Positions 26,524 to 41,429 of a stretch of 64,000 nt of DNA are shown here, one piece after another. The stretch is from Octopus vulgaris (lineage: Eukaryota). The position numbers and the translations under genes are program-made. The notes beneath the pieces are model-generated. The model saw only the letters and a list, made by a program, of their open reading frames with translations. It did not search any database and was not told the origin of the DNA. Position 1 is the first letter of the stretch, and each line of letters begins with the position of its first letter. The DNA is taken from assembly GCA_951406725.2 (NCBI GenBank), contig OX597814.1:16368001-16432000 (forward strand), in the 5' to 3' direction.

Positions 26524-27164
26524 CGAAATTGATGCATATATACATACATACACACATATATACATATAATCGCATATGCACATGTATACGTACATAACAT
26601 ACAGTTATATTACATATATATATTTATATAAATAAATATATATATACACATATATATACATATATGTATGTGCAAACATACACACACACACACATATATA
26701 TATATATTTGCGCGTGTGCGTACATGTATGTATATGTGTGTGCGTACCTGTGTTAGAGCATACATAAAGTCCATGCCAAACTTTCTTTTTATAATCCATG
26801 TTATAGAAGTAAAAATGAAAGTGCTTATAATGAAAAAGATTAAGAGATTAAGATATATATCATTAGAGACTTAAGTCACTGTATACATCAAATAGTGTTT
26901 CGTATAGCTACGAATGTCGGATATCATGTGGAAACAACAAATGAAAATGACATGAATCAGTAAGTTTCGATTTTCATACCGCATAATATTCTTCAGTAAC
27001 GGATATAACTTGCCAAATACCCTATACGTACGTGTAAGCAAGTATATGTTAGAGGATTGTGGCATACATAGAAATGCCTACCTGCAGATACACACATGCA
27101 GTTCAGTGTGTGTGTGTTTGTGTGCGTATGAGTGTGTATGTATGTATGTTTCTATGTATGCATA

Positions 27165-27240
<76 letters not shown>

Positions 27241-27537
27241 AGTAATAATAATAAAGGGTGAAATTAATTAATTAGGGATAATTATCAATTACACCAAGTA
27301 GATTTCGGCATGTAAAAGCCCCATTCGAGGAAAATTTAAGTAATACTAAGTAATTAAGGGTTTAGCAACGAATTGCCTCACCAACACACCGAATTTAGAA
27401 ATAGCAGTCAAAGAGATATAGCTATTCCTTCTACTAAAAGGGGGATCTCAGTAAAAACACAGCACTTGAAAGGCAAACACAGACAGGTAAGAAAGAAAGA
27501 ATGAAATGACGGCAATCTATCATGCAATTTTAAGTTA

Positions 27538-27629
27538 CCTACGGACGTACGTTTCGAGATCAAGTTTTAGGATAGCATAAGAATTAGAAAATTCTACTTT
27601 ACCCAAACTTCTTCTCTCATCGGCGCAGG
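27538..27629 (-). ncRNA. Type I hammerhead, copy 1 (CCGAUGA core variant)
   Basis: cctgcg CCGATGA gaga..long stem II..tctc GAAA cgtacg TC cgtagg. Confidence 0.8.
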
Positions 27630-28128
27630 ATACGACAATTATGAATAATTGTATATTAAATTTTGAGATACTAGAATGCATCATCTCAACTCAGTGTCAG
27701 AGCGAGCCAAAGCATGACCAGTACCACGAAATTCAAAGTTTGAATGAAAGTTTGTGTCACCAGCCCCCTTCCACCCGCGTGTAGCCAAGACAAAATGCTG
27801 CGGTCATTCACTGGGATAAAATATGGTTATCAGTAATAATAATAAAGGGTGAAATTAATTAATTAGGGATAATTATCAATTACACCAAGTAGATTTCGGC
27901 ATGTAAAAGCCCCATTCGAGGAAAATTTAAGTAATACTAAGTAATTAAGGGTTTAGCAACGAATTGCCTCACCAACACACCGAATTTAGAAATAGCAGTC
28001 AAAGAGATATAGCTATTCCTTCTACTAAAAGGGGGATCTCAGTAAAAACACAGCACTTGAAAGGCAAACACAGACAGGTAAGAAAGAAAGAATGAAATGA
28101 CGGCAATCTATCATGCAATTTTAAGTTA

Positions 28129-28220
28129 CCTACGGACGTACGTTTCGAGATCAAGTTTTAGAATAGCATAAGAATTAGAAAATTCTACTTTACCCAAACT
28201 TCTTCTCTCATCGGCGCAGG
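28129..28220 (-). ncRNA. Type I hammerhead, copy 2
   Basis: Same motif offset by 591 bp. Confidence 0.8.
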
Positions 28221-28324
28221 ATACGACAATTATGACAATTATCTACGCACAAAATTGACTATGTAGTAGTGTTTTCTCTTCAATCTGTCTAACATGCTCT
28301 CTTTGAATTTCATATTATTATCTC

Positions 28325-28405
<81 letters not shown>

Positions 28406-29359
28406 CATTATTATTATTCATAGCATGCGGATAATTTTCGCTAGCTCTGAAAGGAAATTTTAATCTTTGCCAAACGAAAAGTCTTTTATTGGCGTACTTG
28501 CCAAAAGGATATTAAACTACATATGGACGTCGTCCACAGGCACTAACTGTTGAAAAAAAAGAAAAAAACAGAATGAATTTACCATTACAGATATTATATA
28601 TATACTTTTTGCTTCTGCGTAATAGTGATATATATTTTTTTGTTACTGTAGATGCTAAAAAAAGGCAAAAATATAAACGCGCACAAAACAGTATAACGGC
28701 AAAATATATCACAGGAAGATTACTTCCATGAAAACATAAAAGACGCTTAACATTTAAATGAACACTTAATAGAGAAAAGAAATAGCTTCAAAGTGTTTAG
28801 CGTATATTTCGAAGGATTTGCAGTGACGCCAGGAGCGACGACCATACAAAAAATATTGTGGTTGATAATGAAGATAACAATAGTTCATTAAGGAGCCAGG
28901 TTTGCTCCTGTCAAAAGACAGTGAAAGGATCTGACAGTTCCCAGTGACACGAAATAACTCAAAGATTTTATTCTTGAATCTAATGATTCTGCTGGAACAA
29001 GAAAAAGGAACTCCCACCTGTGCCTCGTTTCTCCAACTATGTCGTTCACCTTGCTCTGCAATAACCGTTATGTCATATTCTTTAAGCCGTATTGAATGTA
29101 CTTCCTGATCATGTCATTTCTTCAGATACTGACCTGCAATAATTTAAAGGAAAAAATTAACGGTTTCATTCTCATCAGCAAACTTGTGGGCAATAAAAAT
29201 AAACGATATCTGTACACTGAAACAGCAGAAAGGGGTGTTGATGTGTTGGACAGCAGTTGGTCGCCTATCTCCTTAAGCAGGATAAACACCGGTTCTCAAA
29301 CGGTGATGGGTGGGACATACACAAACACACGTGCGCACGTATACACACTCACACACCCT

Positions 29360-30250
29360 ATCCGGTCATCCAAACCGGTTTTTTAATAATTCTTTTAGTT
29401 TTCAGATTTTAGATAAACAAATTTCTTTTTATATTTAAATTATACTCTCTTTCATTTTCTACAATGCTCTTCCATCTTTCTGGTATTCTTGCAAGGCCCC
29501 TCTTCCAAAATTCTCTTGTCCGTGAAGAAAAATATTCTTCCAGTACTGTTCTGACCTCGTCTACAGAATTCATATTTATTCCGTCCAAATGATTTTGAAG
29601 ACTGCGGAATAAATGATAATCAGATGGGGCAATGTCAGATGAATATGATTGGTGGGACATCGTCTCCCACTCAAACTGCTCCAGCCTTTGTAATGTTATC
29701 CTCGCTGTGTGTGGCCAAGCATTATCCTGATAAATGAACACCTTTCGTCTTGAAAACAAACATGATCTTTTTCCTTCTAGCGCTGACTTAAGCCGCTCAA
29801 GCTGCTCATTGTAAATCTCCTATGTTATCGTTTGGTTTGAGTTTAAAAGTTCAAAGTAGACTAAATCTTTCATATGCCACCAAACAGATAACATCGCCTT
29901 ACGTCGGTAAAGACCTTCTTTAGCCTGGAGTGCCGGTGTTTCTCCTTTCAATACCCACTGTCTTCGGCGCTTGACATTTTTATAGAGAACCCATTTCTCG
30001 TTAACGGTCACTATCCGGTCCCAAAACAGGTTCATGCGTGAAACGTGCCAGCAAAGAGAAGCACGCATTTATTTTCTCCACGCGATTAGATTAGACTAGG
30101 AAAGTTTGTGAGGAATCCATTGACCCAATTTGCTGATTTTTCCGATTTCACGCAGGTGTCAATGAACGTTTGAATGACCAAATCGAAGCTTCTTTGGTAG
30201 TTCCTCAACAATTACGATGAGATTTTGTTCCCCCAAGATATGCAGGGTGT
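29360..30250 (-). mobile_element. Mariner (DD34D-type) transposase relic
   Basis: QWIPHKL, IVTVNEKWVLYKN, MLSVWW, YQDNAWPH and YSSDIAPSDYHLFRSL; broken by stops and frameshifts. Confidence 0.92.
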
Positions 30251-31099
30251 GCTCGTTATCATACAACAAATTCAGAGTACGTATATCTGTGTTGATTTTA
30301 GTTAGAATGACAGTATATATTTAGAAAATGCTTTATTTCGCTGCATTAATACTGAGAAAAATAACGGAACTTTGGGTTTTATACCGATAGATTGCATAAC
30401 TAAATAATTACCTTCAAATCATATATACAGTTTAATAAGTTAAATTCATATCAAAATTCTTGTGCTATTTTGCGAATCCTTTTTAAATATTCTATCATAG
30501 ATTCTTCAGCGAGTACGATGAAGTCATTATTTAGTCAAGAGGTTTTAATAAGGCTGAAAGACGCTTGAATTTTCTTCCGTACTTGCCACAACTGTTAAAA
30601 CAATATCATTTATTAAAATAATGTTCTCTTTTCTTTTAAAGTTTTGATATTCACAACATAAAAAATTTGTTAATGCTAACTTAACATTATGAAATAGTGT
30701 TTGCCATTCTTTTAAGTGGGGATTGAATATGTCTGGTGGACATTCGACTCTGTGTTCCATCGCCATTTAAACGTCGTGGCTAATTGACTATTAGTGTACG
30801 TAAATGTGCAATATATTATTTTTACGACCGTATAAGTAATACAAATACACTAAATAGCTAATGTACAACATCTCAATATATTCTTTATTTATTTTCGATT
30901 TCGCTCGTTGTCATTTCAATGATGTTAACAGATATTTTTCAGAGAATAAAAGTGACACTGCCTCTTGTTGTATTGAGAACATTGGGTAAATTGTTTGTGA
31001 TATTTTCTCCGGCACATTGCATTTTGATACCAAATCCTGCCAAAGCCAACTTGGCCCTTTTCGTATATTAGTAAGAACTTCATAGTAAGAACTTCATAG

Positions 31100-31560
31100 A
31101 ACCCTACGCATATTTCTCTAATCCTCCTTTTAATGCCCTCGTCCTGTTCTTTTCGGCAAAAAAGCTGTCTACATCCTTGTGGTATGGATTCATGCTTCAG
31201 TATACTGTGAGAAGCTTCTTCATCATATTGTTGATATCCCTAACTTTTTTCTGTTTCTACCTCAAGAATTCTTGCTGCATATCTTTGTAAATGACGCTAT
31301 TTTTAATGTCACTGCATATATATTTCCTGCATTCATTTTCGAGTGTAAAGAATAATTCCATCAGTTCTTTACTTTTAATTCTATCACTTTTCCTTATACC
31401 ATCTTAATGGTTGATGTTTCCACTCTCCAGCTTTTCCTTTGATTTATTCACATTCCGATCCTCTGTATCATATTTCTCGACTGCAAAGTCAATCCATTGT
31501 CACTAATAATTGTGTTACAGTTTGCACCATATAATCCAGTCGATTCTTACTTTACTAGAA
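31100..31560 (-). pseudogene. Highly decayed R4/Dong-like RT fragment
   Basis: RDINNMMKKLLT..DVDSF..GRG-like motifs on the minus strand. Confidence 0.35.
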
Positions 31561-31959
31561 AGCTTTAAATAATTCGCAGAAATTGATGAGGTACTTTTCC
31601 CTATTCTTTTGCCGGCGATATTAATTTTTAGCGTCAAATAGAATGATCCCAGCAGCGCCATTGTTATTATAAAAAAGACAAGATATAAAAATCAATCTTT
31701 TTTTTTCAGTATATAAACTAATTATGGGCAATGTCCAGAAGCTATCTTACATTCAAAACTTTTTCAACTGTTTTCGAAAATCTTTGATGCATAATCGTTG
31801 AGCTTTTTCTGTGCAATACTGACGTGCTGTTGTACATAGATCAGCTACTGTCAAAGTTAGGCAAAATCAGCTTTCAAGAGAGGGCAGTTTACCTCAGCAG
31901 AGGGACATAGCATGGATGTTGCTAAACGTGAATAAAAACTTTGAAGACAAATGTTTTCC

Positions 31960-32210
31960 TTTCTGGCTAAGCTCACATCATCTCTGTCGAGTGCTCCATG
32001 AGGAAGAAGTTGTAGTTAAAAAGAGGGGGAGATTTCCTCGGGCAAACTTTAGCGAGAATGGCGAATTCGATATTGTCGGGATTACAAAATGACTCCATAA
32101 CAACTATGCAACAGTAAGCTGGAGACGGTGTGTTTGGGTTCTTTGGATAAACCGAGGTATATAGGAAAGTCCCATTCTGGAGATTCTTCTTAACATGGGT
32201 ATTGTTCAAC
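31960..32210 (-). pseudogene. Decayed Penelope-like RT fragment
   Basis: HVKKN..WDFPI..HGALDRDD (YRDD-like motif) across frameshifts. Confidence 0.4.
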
Positions 32211-33284
32211 TTAATCTTTTATTTTTTGAAGCCCTTTCTATTTCTGGTTTGTTTAATTTTATTCACCTTCGTGAGAGCATCCACTGATTTCAATCGCCTT
32301 GGCAACATTCTAATGGCAACACTATCAAACAGACTGCTATTAATAATAGTAATTACCATTATTATTCTGATTATTTTGGTTGTTGCAAATGGTGTTCATG
32401 CAGTTATAGTTATGGCTGTTAATAATTCCTTCGACAGTGATATTTCGCGTTTAATTTCCTCGTAAATAACAAAAGAGATTTTTCTGAAGTACATTTATTA
32501 AGTTAATACACCGAATAGCAAAGACGTCCGGTATGATATTTTCTTGATATATCTTCTCAGTTTTCTATTTACAAAAAGGAATTACTGTATTCATGCACAT
32601 ATAGTACTGATATTAACATCTGCAAAATTGCCATATGATAACTTACTATGATATCCATACAATAATCAAATGGTCTGTCATATATATAAGTATATGTGTG
32701 TGTGTGTTTGTGAAATATTATAGAATATCGTAGCTTTGTTTTGTTATTTATATGATAATAATATTTATAAATGCCTCCTGGTATTTTATTTTGCTAGGCT
32801 TATATATATATTTTTATAACACTAAAAGTAATAGACTTTAGGTAATACGTTTTCTTCTTGAAGATCTATAAGGCAAAAATTATACAGATAAAATATTAAA
32901 GTGTATAATGATTTCTAACACAATTCGAAATAGAAAAGGTGAACTACATCGGTGTTATATGTTTTATTCAAAAATTTATCACCTGTGTGCTTCGTGGTTG
33001 CTGTATACATGTATAATAAATATAATAAATAAATGAGGTACATACACACATATATGCCCATAGACATACGTACTTACAAACATATATATGCATAAACATA
33101 CATGTATACATATACATACATACACACATACACATATAGACGTATATACATATGTATGTATATATGTGTTAATATATATATGTATATATGTACATATGTT
33201 TATATATATTTGTAGATATATATGTATGTATGTATATATAAGCGTATGTATATCTCTACGTATGTATACATATATATATATATA

Positions 33285-33315
<31 letters not shown>

Positions 33316-34160
33316 GTATATATATACATATATGTGTATATATATGCATATATATATTATATATATGCATATATATATATGTATTTGCATATGTAAATAT
33401 ATATATCTATCAATATCTATCTATCTGTTTATTTATCTCTCTCTCTCTCTTTCTCTCCCTCTCTCTCTCTCTCTTTATATATATATATATATGTATGTAT
33501 GTATGTAATATGTATGTATGTATGTGTGTATTCTTAATCTAGTTGAATAACAGTCTTAGAGATAATTTTATGCATTGACATTTTGATAGAAAAATCATTT
33601 GTTTTGCAATAGGTTTGTGGCTAGTACTCATATTTTACTTTATGTTTTGGTCTAGGGAAGATTACTAAGTTGAATCAGTTTTTAATAAATCGTATATATA
33701 CGCCTTGTAAACAATAATTATACCGATCAAATGTTCTCCCTTACATCGTCCTCATGTAGAATTCTAAGAAGAAACATGTGTATTAACACCACATAATATG
33801 TAGGCATTGTATCGAGCAAAACTGAGTAAATAGTCAATTTTTGATAGACGGTGTAATGAGTTCGATATCAAATAGTGACTGAAATAGTTGAGATATATGT
33901 TGGATATATTGTATATCTCTGCAAAGTTTGTAAATTCTTATGACGACAACAGCATACAGCTCACGTTGTATAGAAAAATTGGAAGGTTTGCTTTTGTCTA
34001 ATGATAAAACGCCTGTCATATTCAAGAAAATGTAGTTTCAAGTTCCATGGGTAGCATTCGGAGGTTTTTAACTGAATAATTTTACGTTATTACTGATGAA
34101 TTTAGGGGTTTCGCAGGTGACTGTTCAAAGTTCTTACGGTGTCAACACAATACATTTATA

Positions 34161-35446
34161 TTAGGTTGTCAAAAAAATTCTTGCGGTTTTTAACCTTTTA
34201 TTTGCGATGCACATAACTCGGCTCAAACAAACTTTCATTAATCGAAATAAACACCATCAGAATCAACACACTTTTGCCAATGCGAAACAATTTTATTTAG
34301 GCCAGTAGCATAAAAATCCTACGTCCTGGTGGCGATGAAGTCGTTGAAGGCGTGTTTAGCATCGTTTTGATTTTTGAAGTATTTCTCACGCAGGAAGTTG
34401 TCGAGAGGCTTGAAAAAGTGGTAGTCGGTAGGCGAGAGGTCTGGTGAGCATGGCGGATGAGGCAGAGTTTCGTAGCCTAATTCGCTCAACTTTTGCAGGG
34501 TCAGTTGTGCGAGGTACGGCCGAGCGTTGTCGTTGAGAAGAATTTGTCCTTTTCCATTGACCAATTCTGGCTGTTGATGTCGGAGTTTCTTTTGCATTTC
34601 ATCCATTTGCTGACAGTACTTCGCCGTAATGGTTTCGCCTGGATCCAAAAAGCTGTGACAGATGAGATCGGTGGCAGACCAGCAAAACAGACATTGCTTT
34701 GGTGAAACTTTTGTCAGTCAGCGAAGCTGATTCAGTGTCAGCCTGTCTCACCTAGTGATGTTATTTCCCGCCGGCATGTTATGACTTTCAAGCCACTTTC
34801 GGTCTTCCCGCTTCAGCCATATATAGAAGCTGGCTTTTTCTACCGCCTCCTGTACTCTCCTTATTAGTTTTCGCTGCTCAGAGCTAGAAAAAACAAATCT
34901 TCTTTTGAAAAGCGTGGTCATTTTCCTTTCAATGAAGCCTCTAGCCCCCACTGCCAGGTGATAATATTCGACATTCCATCCCTGTTCTCTGCATTCTTCG
35001 ATTAGCTTTCCGTACCTCTCCTTTCGTTCCACTGCATTGCCGATGTTCTCTTCCCAAGGTACAGTCGGTTCTAGTAAAATTCTATTCTCCAGTCTCTGTT
35101 CCATAGGACTAAATCTGATCTTTTTGTTGTTTTTATTAGTGGAAATAGTGCTGTACGTTCATTAGTGGTTCCTGGGCCAAACATCGTTGATATCGCGAGC
35201 TGTTTCAGCCTAGCTTGAACTGGAATAAGAAAATTGTGCAAATTTGCTTTTTGTGCATGTTGTATACAACCATCTGGAAAAAATGGCCTAATTATTCAAA
35301 AAGAAAAAGAGTAACACGATTAGATAAGGCGAATAACGAACTTTAAAATGGCATATAGAGTCAAAGTAATTTAACGAAAATTATTTTGAAAATACATAAT
35401 TTAAAACCAAAATTTAAAATTCCGCCAAACTTTCTTGACAACCTAA
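34161..35446 (-). mobile_element. Mariner element with both TIRs, interrupted by a HERO-like LINE fragment
   Basis: TIRs ttaggttgtcaa.aaa / tttcttgacaacctaa with TA flanks; LLNDNARPY..LPHPPCSPDLSPTDYHFFK. Confidence 0.9.
34740..35160 (-). pseudogene. HERO-like restriction-like endonuclease domain
   Basis: KRSDLVLW..LLEPTVPWEENIGNAVERKERY..VGARGF..EKASFYIWLKR, a PD-(D/E)xK RLE signature. Confidence 0.85.
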
Positions 35447-35993
35447 TATATATATGTCTGCGTTCATGCGTGTGTATGCGTGTAAATGCTTGTTTAAATG
35501 TACCATTAAATATATACATATAGCAATCAAATATTCATTGAAGGCGAAACAATACGTTTTCTTACAGGAGGAAAACGTTAAGAGTTACTGCGAAATTCTG
35601 GTTTATTGTCTTAAGAAACTTCGAACTTACTGTCACACTTTATGAGAAAATGTACTTACCGATGAGAAAATGTACTTACCGATGATTAACCATTCAAATT
35701 GACACACAAAGTTCCAAATGTTGCGAAAGTCAGTAATCGATCACGCTGATACGAGAACTTGAATGAGGATTCAACATGGAATGTCAGTCCTGTAGAAATA
35801 CTGATAAACATTGTGACGGCTACAATGCTGAATACATATCTAATTCTCAATGAGAGTGTATATGTGTTTGTATGTCTATATATACATGTATACATACATT
35901 CATACATACACACATACATATGGTATACAGATATATGTTTATATTTATCTGCCTATCTATCACTCTACCAAACACACACGCATACTCACACAC

Positions 35994-36064
<71 letters not shown>

Positions 36065-36269
36065 ATATATATATATATAATAGATAGATAGACAGTATTT
36101 GTTGTTGTCTGCTCTCAACAAAATATACACTTATATTGATTCACATTGTATTACTCCACATATACTGAATCATGCCACTCCGCTCCACACGATTATTAAT
36201 TTCTTCTCATGGCTGACATTTGCTTAACGAGTGTCACATTCTACGTCCACATCTACTGTGTGAAGTATA

Positions 36270-36497
36270 CTCTTTACTCTTTTACTCTTTTACTTGTTTC
36301 AGTCATTTGACTGCGGCCATGCTGGAGCACCGCCTTTAATCGAGCAACTCGACTCCGGGACTTATTCTTTTGTAAGCACGGTACTTATTCTATCGGTCTC
36401 TTTTGCCGAACCGCTAAGTAACGGGGACATAAGCACACCAGCATCGGTTGTCAAGCAATGCTAAGGGGACAAATACAGACACACAAGCACACACACG

Positions 36498-36557
<60 letters not shown>

Positions 36558-36720
36558 TAGGACGGGCTTCTTTCAGTTTCCGTCTACCAAATCCACTCAC
36601 AAGGCTTTGGTCGGCCCGAGGCTATAGTAGAAGACACTTGTCCAAGGTGCCACGCAGTGGGACTGAACCCAGAACTATGTGGTTGGTAAGCAAGCTACGT
36701 ACCACACAGCCACTCCTGCT
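36270..36720 (-). mobile_element. SINE family A
   Basis: Matches 472-888. Confidence 0.92.
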
Positions 36721-37270
36721 TAATATATCAAAATATATTTGCCTCTCAAAAACAAAATGCAACGACGCTCAAAATATTAAACTACTGCTGAGAAGCATAA
36801 CAAGAGACTAAATAGGACTGTTGACTAGAGCAATTCGCCCGGCTGGGATATAACAGGAGATGCTCATATCTGCTATTGGAAATTAAAGGATGAGGAAGGC
36901 GAATGGCACTATGGAGTGGCTTAATTTTACGTGAGGGTTGGATATTCCAATACCTTTGTTTGTGTGCAGGCATTATTTCACTTGTATACAGAATTGAAAC
37001 CCGTTTGTTTGATTATATTTGTTTGTGAATGCAAGCGCATGTGTCTAAAACTGTGAACATGTATGTATTTTTCTGTATATATTAAAACAAGAAATGCATA
37101 TGTACATGCAATCATGCATTTATATATACATACATACAACATTTATACACATATTTTTAAATATGAGCACACACATTTTGAGCCGTTAGCTCATGACATG
37201 ATTTACTTTAAATATTAAAATCATTTTAGCAAATATAGAAAGCATCATCAATATTAATAGTCATTTTTAC

Positions 37271-37366
37271 ATTCTTCTTCTTCTTCTTCTTCTTCTTCTT
37301 CTTCTTCTTCTTCTTCTTCTTCTTCTTCTTCTTCTTCTTCTTCTTCTTCTTCTTCTTCTTCTTCTT

Positions 37367-37397
<31 letters not shown>

Positions 37398-37445
37398 TCA
37401 TTATTATTATCATTATTATTATTATCATTATAATTATCATCATCG

Positions 37446-37476
<31 letters not shown>

Positions 37477-37480
37477 TATA

Positions 37481-37520
<40 letters not shown>
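37271..37520. repeat. (TTC)n-(ATT)n-(ATC)n compound microsatellite
   Basis: Directly visible. Confidence 0.97.
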
Positions 37521-37521
<1 letters not shown>

Positions 37522-37768
37522 AAGCATAATCATACAATTGTCAGCAACAACTGAAAATCCCAATACCAATAGTATATATACAAATGAGTATACATACGGT
37601 GGCGTATGTGTATTCATATATATATGTGTGCGTGAGAGAGAGAGAGAGAGAGGGAGAATATGTGTGTGTTTAGAAAGTGCTCTCATATATATATATATAT
37701 ATACACACACACTGACGAACGCACACACACACGCAACATATATATATATACACAGACATACATGTATA

Positions 37769-37804
<36 letters not shown>

Positions 37805-38498
37805 TATTAGGTCGGGGGAATCATCATTTTGGACAGTGACCTAAGTGAGGTTAACAGGTGTGTCATTTTAAATGCATGAAGATTAAGAAGATTTGAAATT
37901 TACAATTATCTAAGAATATTTATCAAGAACACTTCTCCTCTATCTTTAGATATATACCTCGCTCATATATATAAAGATTTCGGATTCTGTCCACACAACT
38001 AATCATATTAAATAGTAAACCGAATATATCAAATCATCAGTCACGTCATTTGAGATTTGAAATTCATTAATAATGTTATCCAGGTTCGCGTTGTCAAATT
38101 CTATTACTGCTTTATATATTTTATGCATTATTATAACAGTTCTTCGAATTTTATTATCACCAATATATATATACATATAGACAGAGAGAGAAGGTCCAAA
38201 GTTTATACACAGGCAGATAGACAAACACTTACACACATACACACGTATTTAACCATGCAAATATAGGTATAGGCTTCTATACGTAAATTGGCAAACACAC
38301 ACATATATATACATACACACGTATACATATATATACATACATATAAATACATACATATATGTATGTATATATATACGTACACATATATATATATAATCAT
38401 ATATATATGTATATATATATACATATATAATTTTGCTTGTTTAATTTCATTATATACATTTGTATATATATATATTTAAATATATATATATATGTATG

Positions 38499-38544
<46 letters not shown>

Positions 38545-38690
38545 GTGTGTGTATGTGTGTGTATGTATACATACATACACATTTATGCATACAAACACAA
38601 ACATTTAGGGAAGTATATATTTAATACCTATTAACACGAAGATATGTATGGATGTGTATATATATATATATATAGATATGTATGGATGTG

Positions 38691-38738
<48 letters not shown>

Positions 38739-38755
38739 AATATATATATATACAC

Positions 38756-38793
<38 letters not shown>

Positions 38794-39173
38794 TGATACA
38801 TATACATATATGTTTAAACATATATGCACAGATATATTTACGCATATGTGTGTGTACATGCGTGTTTGCGTGTGTTCGTATATGGGTTACTGCGTTGCTT
38901 TATTCCAATGACTTGGCGGATGTAATTGATTAATTTCATGAAATGCATTGGTTTACTTAATTAGGGGAGAGTGGGATGATTTTTAATCGTAAGTGGATTA
39001 ACATATCCAATGTACATGGGAGTTTACGTAGAATAAATGCAATACATGTGAAATAGTAACAGATAATAATTATATATAAAATATCACATAGAAGCGGATC
39101 TAACAAGACACTATATAAATAAATTTTTGCACTGAGAAAGATATACATGGCTGTTCACCCGTTAACACATTTG

Positions 39174-39204
<31 letters not shown>

Positions 39205-39272
39205 GAGCATATATATGGATGTGTGTTTCTGTGTATATGTAAATATATACATGTACATGTACTTATGTACAT

Positions 39273-39437
39273 AGGCGCAGGAGTGGCTGTGGAGTATGTA
39301 GCTTGCTTACCAACCACATGGTTCCGGGTTCATTCCCTTTGTGTGGCACCTTGGGCAAGTGTCTTCTACTATAGTCTCGGGACGACCAAAGCCTTGTGAG
39401 TGGATCTGGTAGACGGAAACTGAAAGAAGCCCGTCGT

Positions 39438-39486
<49 letters not shown>

Positions 39487-39692
39487 TATGTTTGTGTCTG
39501 TATTTGTCCCCTCAACATCGCTTGACAACCGATGTTGGTGTGTTTACATCTCCATAAATTAGCAGTTCGGCAAAGAAACCGATGGAATAAGTACTAAGCT
39601 TCCAAAGAATAATTCCTGCGGTCGATTTGCTCGACTAAAGGCGGTGCTCCAACATCACCGCAGTCAAATTACTGAAACAAGTAAAAGAGAGA
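39273..39692 (+). mobile_element. SINE family A
   Basis: Matches 14231-14649. Confidence 0.9.
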
Positions 39693-40157
39693 AAAATATG
39701 TATATATATATATATATATATATACATACACACGATGCTACGTGCGCGGACACATGCATCCATATATAAATTTAATTTGTATGTTATCAAAAGTGTGACG
39801 CAAGAGCTAATACTTTCGTGCGTGGTACTAATTTAGCTGACTTGAAGTTTCTGAACTCTTTAAAATAACAAGACCGGAAAACAAGGCTTGACATATACGT
39901 TATTATATGTAATGGAATGTGATGGAAAAAGTGACTTTCAATATTTTGGACCTTAGTCTTTCATAAGCAGGTAACAAGGAATTTGTAAGACAGAAAAATA
40001 GGCAGTGAAAAACTTTCGACGAATTAAAATCCAATTGCCTGATGAGAATATTGTTTTAAAACGGGATATAAACAATGGGGCTTATGCTGGTATGCTGATG
40101 TATGTATAAGGGTGTCTCTGTGTTCGGAAACTAGCATTAGAGAGAAGTCGTGTCTAA

Positions 40158-40378
40158 ATATTGGTTTCAATTTTGGCACGAGGCCAAGATTTTAGGGGGA
40201 CAGTGCTTATCGCTTACATCGACCCCAGTGTTCAAATGGTACTTAATTTATCGCCCCCTCGAAGGGATGAAAGGCAAAGTCAACCTCGGTAGAATTTGAA
40301 CTCAGAAAGTGCAGACAGACGAAATGCCTCTAAGCATTTTGCTCAGCGTGCTTAATGATTCTACCACCTCACCGTCTT
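40158..40378 (-). mobile_element. SINE family B variant
   Basis: Reverse complement of the family B core (ggatgaaaggcaaagtcaacctcgg..aatttgaactc). Confidence 0.85.
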
Positions 40379-40399
40379 AATCGTGTGTAAATATTAATA

Positions 40400-40825
40400 C
40401 TATTTTTCTCTCTTACTCTTTTACTTGTTTCAGTCATATGACTGCGGCCATGCTGGAGCACCGCCTTTTGTCGAGCAAATCGACGCCAGGACTCATACTT
40501 TGGAAGCCTAGTACTTACTCTATCGGTTTCTTTTGCCGAAGCGCTAAGTTACGGGGACGTAAACACACCAGCATCGGTTGTCAAGCGATGTTAGGGGGAC
40601 AAACACAGACACACAAATATATACACGCACATATATATATATATGTATATATACATATATATGACGGGCTTCTTTCAGTTTCCGTCTACCAAATCCACTC
40701 ACAAGGCTTTAGTCGGCCCGAGGCTATAGTACAAGACACTTGCCCAAGGTGCCATGCAGTGGGACTGAACCTGGAACCATTTAGTTGGTAAGCAAGCTAC
40801 TTACCACACAGCTACTCTTGCGCCT
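40400..40825 (-). mobile_element. SINE family A
   Basis: Matches 472-888. Confidence 0.9.
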
Positions 40826-41429
40826 ATATCACAGTAATGTGTTGTATGTCGTACAGTGGGTATTAACTCCTATCCGTGTAGTAGATCTTTAGCCAGTCAT
40901 TGAGCCTTTTCATCTTCATGGGTGCGAAGAGTGTCTGTACGTGAGGGAGCTGGTCAGACAGTCAGGCCAAGGGTGGTATAGAAGAGCTGGAAGCATATGT
41001 CTTGGTGGACGACGAAGCTGGATAGGAATATGTAAGTGTTAATGCTTATTGGATTTAGTTCGTAGCACTGTGGTGTGTTTGTGAGTGCGTAATCGTTAGA
41101 CGAGTGATGTGAAATATTTATCTGAGAAGCATTGCCAGCGATACTAATATCAGCACACACAAAAGCATTTTTATATAGATGTATACATGAATATACACAT
41201 GCAATTTCATATCAATGGTCAACGTATATCATACATTATACTAAAAAACGCCGTTTGAAAATATCTAAGCGCGACGAATACAAAGGTGAAACACAAATAC
41301 ACGCACACACACGCATAAAACTGCACATGCACACGCGTACTCACAAGAAGTATATATATATATACAAACAAAAAATATATATAAGAGAAAGAAGCAACAG
41401 GCAATTCGCATAACGAGCAATTATATATA

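Larger units (their letters stand above)
27237..28235 (-). mobile_element. Non-coding partial tandem (408-bp direct repeats, 591-bp period) with a hammerhead in each repeat: retrozyme/Penelope pLTR-like element
   Basis: 27237-27644 is repeated at 27828-28235 with one substitution seen; 183-bp spacer; no ORF in the track; abuts (TCTA)n. Confidence 0.85.

Noticed and set aside
28500-29060. Non-repetitive stretch with a minus-strand acceptor-like site and short open frames
   Set aside because: No recognisable homology or consistent exon structure
30545-30766. ORF HRVECPPDIFNPHLKEWQ faintly resembling a tyrosine-kinase C-terminal motif
   Set aside because: The similarity is too short, with no supporting exons or clear splice sites
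34700-34790. 3' UTR of the second HERO-like fragment, checked for the permuted hammerhead
   Set aside because: Only a small hairpin is present, with no CUGAnGA/GAAA core; truncated or a different subfamily
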